25,944 bases of DNA from a virus (Duplodnaviria > Heunggongvirae > Uroviricota > Caudoviricetes): the IMG/VR virus record IMGVR_UViG_3300044296_000239; one strand, written 5' to 3'. Below, piece after piece: positions 17,685-24,300 of the stretch. The position numbers and the translations under genes were made by a program. The notes below the pieces were generated by a model. It searched no databases. It saw only the letters and a program-made list of their open reading frames with translations, and was not told the DNA's origin. Numbering within the stretch: the first letter of the stretch is position 1; each line of letters begins with the position of its first letter.

Positions 17685-18035
17685 TTATGCCTGTAAATCA
17701 TATGCTACAGCTGTTGCCATATCAGTCATTTGATCTGGGAGAATATCTTTGTAAATATAATTATCAATATTCATCTTAAATTTTTGTACAATTCCTTGAT
17801 GTTTATCAATATTAGTTATATCTTCAACATGAATATAATCTCTAAATTGAATATAATGATCGGCACCATCTCTGCGCTTAACCATACAACAAATATGAAG
17901 ACTCTCTCCTCCAAGCTTGGCTTTTACAGCTTCTCTTAAGACTTCATTTGCGCGTACTTGAACAACGTTTCCAATACTTGCAAGAAGTTCAACTAGTGCT
18001 GATAAATTTTCAATGGTGTTGTTTAAAATAATCAT
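17685..18035 (-). CDS. Hypothetical protein, paralog of 17380-17682 (116 aa)
   Basis: ATGA overlap with the radical SAM gene stop; shares ENL..L...L.....V.QVR...VL and H......K..ID.YI with the neighbour. Confidence 0.75.
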   Translation of the reverse strand: MIILNNTIENLSALVELLASIGNVVQVRANEVLREAVKAKLGGESLHICCMVKRRDGADHYIQFRDYIHVEDITNIDKHQGIVQKFKMNIDNYIYKDILPDQMTDMATAVAYDLQA

Positions 18036-19474
18036 TTTTCTGCCCTTGCTTGAGTGTATACTTCTACATCATCTAATTTTACTTTTTCATTAATTACCTT
18101 GATTGGAATAACCTTTCTCTTAGGTTCTTCTTCATGTTTAGATAATGTACCCCAAATATCTTTTCTATCTTCAGGTAATATATCACTATTTATGTAAAAT
18201 GGGATGTAACCTCCAGTGATTTTTTGAAATGCAATTGCAAAAAGCACTATATTATCGCTATATGCATTATCACATGTAGTATTCCAATATTCATCTTGTA
18301 AAAACATACATGATCCTTTACATAGATGTAATACTGGACAATCTCCACATTTTGGTCTATTCATCCAATGAGTAGCCGATTTAATTAAGACATTGTCATA
18401 ATCATCTAAATTGCCGCTTAAATGTGATTCTCCATTCATTGCAGTTTCTACAGCAGAAACATTTTGACATGTTAAGACATTACCTTTCATATCAATTGCT
18501 AAGACGTGTTCGTTGTCCATTCCACATTTTTGGCCAAGATAATAGTCTTTTTTCTGATGTAAAATAGATTCAATAAAACCATTAATTTTTTGAACTATTC
18601 CATCAAATCCAATATTTGCATCTACACTAAAGATATCATTAAATGCTGTTCGTCTAAACTCAAAATGTTCTTGCTTTGTAGTTAGGCAATTATTCATTCC
18701 ATCAGCATCATATGCATCTACTAATCCACCTTCACCCAATATAACATTTTCATCACCTGTAAAATTTATAAACCATTCATGAATCTCTTTACGACTCTTG
18801 TTTTTAGAATTCAACATTGAATTAAAACTAATTCTACCCAAAGGTCGCATCATCTTATAAAATTCTAATACAATCTTTTTATTTTCTGGATCTTCGAATG
18901 GATCTGGACCACGCACACTTTGACCTGGACCATCATGACTAATTGAAACTGCAAATCCATTATACATTAACCACATACAAATTTCTCTAGTTAATATAGA
19001 TCCGTTTGTGATAACAGAAAATTTAGGTGCTTTTTTCCAATGAGAAAACCTCTCGCGAATTGCTTCAGCAAGAGGTTTCATAGTCTTCCAATATACAAAT
19101 GGTTCACCACCCCAAAATTCAATACTTAGACCTTTCTCTTCACAAAATTCTAATACATCTAATTTTGCAAGAAAATCATCAATATCTTTTTTAGATGTTT
19201 CTGGCGGACGTCCAACAAATTTTTGTGAACAATAATCACAAGAATAATTGCATGAAAGACCCATTTGGATCTTTAATTTTTGTATTTGTTTGGATTTTTT
19301 TAGAGGTGTGTCTTTTGAAAACGGCACTACTGGAGGTGTAATGTCATCAATGTTTTCGCTAGTTGGTATTTGAAATACAATACCATCCTCACTAGTAAGA
19401 GTACTAAGTTGGTTATCATACCAAAATAGTTTTCTGTCTTCTGAATGGCGTTCAGCCAATATTTCAAAAATCAT
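18032..19474 (-). CDS. Radical SAM enzyme with SPASM domain (480 aa)
   Basis: CxxxCxxC CNYSCDYC (19229-19252); FWGGEPF; VITNGS; SHDG; SPASM Cx13Gx4C (CGMDNEHVLAIDMKGNVLTC), Cx2Cx5Cx3C (CGDCPVLHLCKGSC, 18308-18349) and a further downstream Cys. AAGGA SD. Confidence 0.93.
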   Translation of the reverse strand: MIFEILAERHSEDRKLFWYDNQLSTLTSEDGIVFQIPTSENIDDITPPVVPFSKDTPLKKSKQIQKLKIQMGLSCNYSCDYCSQKFVGRPPETSKKDIDDFLAKLDVLEFCEEKGLSIEFWGGEPFVYWKTMKPLAEAIRERFSHWKKAPKFSVITNGSILTREICMWLMYNGFAVSISHDGPGQSVRGPDPFEDPENKKIVLEFYKMMRPLGRISFNSMLNSKNKSRKEIHEWFINFTGDENVILGEGGLVDAYDADGMNNCLTTKQEHFEFRRTAFNDIFSVDANIGFDGIVQKINGFIESILHQKKDYYLGQKCGMDNEHVLAIDMKGNVLTCQNVSAVETAMNGESHLSGNLDDYDNVLIKSATHWMNRPKCGDCPVLHLCKGSCMFLQDEYWNTTCDNAYSDNIVLFAIAFQKITGGYIPFYINSDILPEDRKDIWGTLSKHEEEPKRKVIPIKVINEKVKLDDVEVYTQARAEK

Positions 19475-19495
19475 TATATTAATCCTTCAAAATAA

Positions 19496-19504
19496 TATTT
19501 ATTA
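19496..19504 (-). promoter_or_regulatory. Possible late promoter variant TAATAAATA upstream of the radical SAM gene
   Basis: One mismatch to TATAAATA, overlapping the Cys-rich gene stop, about 20 nt before the ATG at 19474. AT-rich context weakens it. Confidence 0.35.
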
Positions 19505-19969
19505 GCCGCCGCAAGCGTCTCCACATGCACAAGCACAAGCACAAGCACAAGCACAATTATATGAAACTTGGCTTTGAACACAATTATAGGTGCACGCACA
19601 GTTACAATTTGGTTGTAACCATTCTTGTGAATCACAATTAACACAATTTACTGTAGAAGTAATTTGACAGTTCGTGCATTGAATATTACCACAATTTGCT
19701 GCAGCAACTGTACAATTACCATTATCACAATTACCTGCATTATTTTTTTGATAATAAGCATAACCCAATACGCCTGAAAGATTAGCTATATTATCTCTAT
19801 ATGCTGGTTTAGTATTATTTTGAATCCATGATAAATTTGCCGAATATGTATTAACTTCTGCTGTAATACCAGAAGCTGTTACAGTACCTTCAATATAAAC
19901 ACCGGCTTTTTTACGAGCTTCCTTATATACATCCGCTATTGTAATTGGACCTGTTGATTGTAATGTCAT
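19502..19969 (-). CDS. Cys-rich protein, candidate radical SAM substrate / fibre-tip protein (155 aa)
   Basis: GAGGA SD, TAATG overlap with the fibre stop. No Cys in residues 1-80, 18 Cys in residues 81-155, 10 Asn-Cys dipeptides, ends CACACACACACGDACGG. Confidence 0.85.
   Translation of the reverse strand: MTLQSTGPITIADVYKEARKKAGVYIEGTVTASGITAEVNTYSANLSWIQNNTKPAYRDNIANLSGVLGYAYYQKNNAGNCDNGNCTVAAANCGNIQCTNCQITSTVNCVNCDSQEWLQPNCNCACTYNCVQSQVSYNCACACACACACGDACGG
19523..19555 (-). repeat. Hexamer tandem repeat (TGTGCT)x4 plus TGTGCA and TGT, encoding the Cys-Ala run
   Basis: Plus strand acatgc-(acaagc)4-aca read directly. Confidence 0.9.
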
Positions 19970-21057
19970 TATCTATCCTCAAGAGCTTTTACTCTTTCAG
20001 TCAATTCATTAATGGCTTGTAAAAGTAATGCGCCCATATTTCCATATGCAACGCCTAAAGTACCATCTGCTTCTGTATGTATTAATTCTGGAGCTTGCTG
20101 CTTTACTTCTTGAGCAATGACACCAATCTTGTGTTCATTAGTAGTAACATGATCATAATAAACACCACGCATTTTATTAACTATGCTTAATGCATCTTTA
20201 ATAGTTTCAACGTTCTTTTTAAATTTAATATCAGAATATGCAACTACGTCACCTGCCATAACTAAGTGACCGCCAGGTTGAATAGCTCCACTAATTACAC
20301 CCTGATTAGTAAAACAGATGTAACCTTCAGTTGACCAATACAAACCTGTATCTTGATTTGTATCAGAAGAGAATCCAATACTTGGTTGAGTCTGTGAACC
20401 ATTACCAACTAATAGTCTATTACCAATAGTTGCATTAGTAACAGCTATTGAAGAAGTACTTAAAATCTTTGCGCCGCTAAGACCTGTGATCCAAGATGGA
20501 TCATTATAACCAGCTAGTGTAGAAACTGGTGTATAGCCACAACTAGCAGTAATATCGGCTAGATTTGCATTAGTCGCAGATGTTACGCGGCCATCACCAC
20601 CAACTGTTACTTTAGTATATGTTCCTGGTACAACTCCACTAGGATTAAGTGATAATGCAGCGCTTTGATTTGTAGAGCCATCAAAGGTAATATTCCATGT
20701 GGCATCACCAGTAATTGAAATAATACGTGCTGTTCTTAATTTAGTAGTAGTATCAGCATTACCGATTAAGTTGCCAACGCAGTCAGCGTATAGTTTACCT
20801 TGAAGTGTAAGATTACCGTTCTGATCTAATACAAGTTCTGCACCATCAACTGAATCGATTTGTACAGAAAAATTATTTCCATACGTGTTTATTGTACCAC
20901 TAATTGGAGCGAATGAACGCACCTCATTAATAGCTGCAGCTAAACTTGTTGAGGTTGTTAGAAGAGAAGCTTGATCACCAGCAAAAGAACTAATTGCATT
21001 TGTCTTAACTCGCCACTGTTCAAATGTATCTTCTAGACTCACATTGATAACAGACAT
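19969..21057 (-). CDS. Short tail fibre with C-terminal intramolecular chaperone (peptidase S74) (362 aa)
   Basis: N-terminal DTFEQWRVKTNAI anchor; SGVVPGTYTKVTVGGDGRVT and GSQTQPSIGFSSDTNQDTGLY fibre modules; SDIKFK...IGVIAQEV...VAYGNMGALLLQAINEL chaperone (19972-20235). Confidence 0.88.
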   Translation of the reverse strand: MSVINVSLEDTFEQWRVKTNAISSFAGDQASLLTTSTSLAAAINEVRSFAPISGTINTYGNNFSVQIDSVDGAELVLDQNGNLTLQGKLYADCVGNLIGNADTTTKLRTARIISITGDATWNITFDGSTNQSAALSLNPSGVVPGTYTKVTVGGDGRVTSATNANLADITASCGYTPVSTLAGYNDPSWITGLSGAKILSTSSIAVTNATIGNRLLVGNGSQTQPSIGFSSDTNQDTGLYWSTEGYICFTNQGVISGAIQPGGHLVMAGDVVAYSDIKFKKNVETIKDALSIVNKMRGVYYDHVTTNEHKIGVIAQEVKQQAPELIHTEADGTLGVAYGNMGALLLQAINELTERVKALEDR

Positions 21058-21068
21058 TTAGTTCTCTC

Positions 21069-21305
21069 TTATTTCTGGACATTTGCTAATATTTGAGTTA
21101 GCAATTGCTTAATATCGCTTATTTCCCCTCGCAGATCTTGGATGTCCTGTGAATTCTGGTCAAGTTGTTGTTTAGATCTAAGTAAATTTTCGCGTTGTCT
21201 TAAATATGCTTCATGTGCGCTATCATCTGTGTTAATGATAGCGCCTGAAGACATATCTCTGACTAATCTACTTTCATTCTCAACTTTAACTTTAAGCACA
21301 AGCAA
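21069..21305 (-). CDS. Small conserved coiled-coil protein (~76-78 aa; GTG at 21299 is an alternative start)
   Basis: KVENESRLVRD.SSGAIINTD..A..AY....I..L..EI..IK.LL pattern, recalled directly downstream of DUF4815/VrlC-like genes. GAGGA inside the upstream gene is better spaced to the GTG. Confidence 0.75.
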   Translation of the reverse strand: MLVLKVKVENESRLVRDMSSGAIINTDDSAHEAYLRQRENLLRSKQQLDQNSQDIQDLRGEISDIKQLLTQILANVQK

Positions 21306-24300
21306 TGATCCTCAAATCTTTCACACGAGGTACTTGTGCAGTGTTTGCGCCTTTAAATACTAACTTAACTACAACGGCGTCAAACGCTGGAAGGTTTAAT
21401 TGATCATATTCAACATCAACGAATTCGCTTGTATTAGATGTTTTTCTGATACCTTTAACAGCATTAGTTGCTCTTACGAATGGATACAAGCTAATATCAC
21501 CATTTGTACCGGTTGGTATTAATTTATACCAAACTTCAACATCTGAATCAAGTGTTGGTGGTACATTAGCTGCAAACATGATCTTCAAGAATGTTGAAGG
21601 TTTCTCTAAGTTAACAACTCGTGTTAAATATTTAGAAACTGCAGAACCGCCGATTGGAGCATCTTCAGCAATATAGCTATCTTTTAAAGTAACTGTTGCA
21701 GTTGATGGAGATTCTGTTGTAAATGTTCCAGTTGTTTCAATATATGAACCATCGGTTGCAATTGAAACAACACGAACTGGAGTAGACGTATTATTACTTG
21801 TAGTACCAGATACTGAAACATATTTACCAATCGCAACACCCTTTGCATTTCCACGAACTGCAGAAGGCATATAAATCTTCGTTGGATTACCACTATCAAA
21901 CGTGATACCAGATACAGCATCTGCAATCTTAATGTCATCTAACTGAACTACGTTCTTAGTAGTTACAGTAAGATTATCAATTCTATTCTTGATAGTAGTC
22001 ATTGATAGACGAGTTGTATCGATGATTGGTGATAATGCATCATTAGTAGATGATAAATGTGCTACGACTTCTAATGATTTATTACCTTCGCCAAGTAAAC
22101 TGTTTGTTTGATTGATAGGTGAAGCAACTAATCCGCTTGAAGTAAAATATAATGTTTCGTTTGGAATAATTGGCGACGTATCTAAATCTTTATTGTAAGA
22201 AGTGTCAGTCGTAATTACACCAAAATCTAATGCAGTATCAGAGAACACTTGGTTTGTAGTTGCCAACTGAATAGCATCATAAGGAATATTTGCAGTAGCT
22301 ACAACGTTATCTCCGCCAACAAAACCTGTAGCAGTAGCATTAGTATATACTGTAATTACATATGAATCAACTTCGACGTTACTAATAGTAAATGTACCAT
22401 TTAAACCAGTTGATGATGTAGTAACAATACCATTGTATGTTGCAGCTCCAACGTTACTGATAATTACTGATGAACCGGCTGGCATACCATGATTACGCTG
22501 GAACACACGAACTTTGTTTGTACCAAGAGTTGTCTTAAATGGGCTACGATCTAATGTTGCTGGCCCAATGATGTCATTAGTAAATGTTGCTAAACCTTGA
22601 GCAGCCGTATTAAACTTTGCGCGATATACAGTAAACTTCAAATCTTGTTCTTGGTTAGCTGTCCACGTAGAAGCGTTTTGAGATTTAAATAAAACACCAG
22701 TATATGGTTGTTCTGAAATAAATCTGTCAGAATTGATATTCTTTTCACCGAGTTGAGAAATCCATACACGATAGTTATTCGAATCAGACAATAACACAAT
22801 ACAGTGCTCGACCTGATCATTCACAAATACTGGAGATTCGAACGTGAATCTGGTTGGTACAGATGCATCAGGCGATGTATTAATCTTATCTGGTGTTAAC
22901 GAAACTTTGGAGAATGGAAGAATACCAGGTCCTGGATATCCATTAACTGTTTCACGAATTTGCAAGTTTACAGGAATGCTTGCATCTTTAGTATAGAAGT
23001 AAATGTCAACTCCTGTTAAGAATGCACCACCTGAAGATTGAATCATGATAGTCTGTGCAAGAGGATCATACCAACCAGTATCACGAACTAAACGTTCTGG
23101 AGAGAAAATTTCCTGAGTGCGTTCTTCAGATGCTGGAACTGTTACAACTTCTGCATTACGTACAGCATTAATTGAACGTTGTTTAGTCTCTAAGATACCC
23201 TTAGCAGTATAACTTCCACGACCCTGTGTAGTATAATCACGACCATCAGCAGTAGCACTATCAGTTAATCTAAATTCACGAGTACCTGTACGGAAACGCG
23301 CAGCATCAGTATTTGGAATTGCAAATACACCGGCTAAGTTACCATTAAAGTTTGTACTTAGTGTACTACCCTTTGCTTGAGCAGTAATATTTGCTGTTCC
23401 AGCTGGAATAATATATGTCGCACCAGAAACTGAACCCTTAATTGTATCACCAGCTTGGAATGTACCAGCAACGTTTACTAGATAAACGGCTTCAGCGCCA
23501 GTTTCAACTGATTTTTCTGTCAACACTGCAACTCCACGCGCTGGTGAAGTGATTTGTGAGTTATATGCAGTGCCATTACGTGAAGAAACATATACAACAT
23601 CACCAGTATTATAACCAGTTTCAGGAGCACCATTCAATTGACGACCAATATCTCCAGATGCAGCACCAACGTTAGATGTTGTATCAAATGCTACGGATCC
23701 ATTATTAACACATACAACCTTTGATGCTGGATAGCAATAGTTTGCGATATTTGTATCATCAAAGAATACGTTTAATTGTGCATTTGGTTTTAGTCCTCTA
23801 CATACGAACACTAAATCACGCGAACGAATGTATGGAATAACTGCTGTTTGAAGAACTTTATCATCAACAACTTGATAATCAGTTTTTGGTACAATAGTAG
23901 TTGTGATACCAGTACGCGCTTGACCAATAGTTGTAGCGGTTGTTTGATATGTTAAGACACGAGCTCCAACGCCATCTTGTCCATAGTTGACAGCATTACC
24001 ACCAATAGCTGCAAGTTCAGCTGCAGTAAATGTATGACGATCAGACCAACGACCGCCACCTAAACCATAATCTGTACCATCAAATCCACGAGTAACTTTT
24101 AAGCGATCGATAGTACGTGTTGCTCCAGTCCATGTAGTTTGCCATGCATTCCACACAGTACCAAGTGCTCCAGCTTTTTCTAGAGCTGACTGAGTAGCAG
24201 AGAAATTACCTTCTACGTTAGTAATAACATCAGGACGACGATCTGTTTCAAACCAATCATCACCAGGAGGATTTAATGACATCTGACCTAAGAATGTAAA

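Noticed and set aside
18032-19474. Radical SAM as an anaerobic sulfatase-maturating enzyme (anSME) or PqqE/MoaA-type cofactor enzyme
   Set aside because: It shares the SPASM motif, but no sulfatase, no CxPxR target motif in neighbours and no pqq or moa genes are present. The Cys-rich neighbour is a better candidate substrate. Not formally excluded without a phylogeny.
19523-19555. CRISPR-like or regulatory repeat array
   Set aside because: A contiguous in-frame hexamer without spacers, explained by the Cys-Ala coding run. No CRISPR array, tRNA or rRNA was recognised anywhere in the window.
414-21363. All plus-strand ORFs in the track (414-668, 2705-2968, 4123-4428, 8522-8752, 9640-9822, 12175-12495, 12390-12623, 12927-13139, 13090-13329, 13262-13477, 14706-14939, 15241-15447, 16614-16928, 17730-17939, 21142-21363)
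   Set aside because: They lie antisense to well-supported genes, lack SD or family motifs, and their His/Pro-rich content is the mirror image of Gly (GGN) codons.
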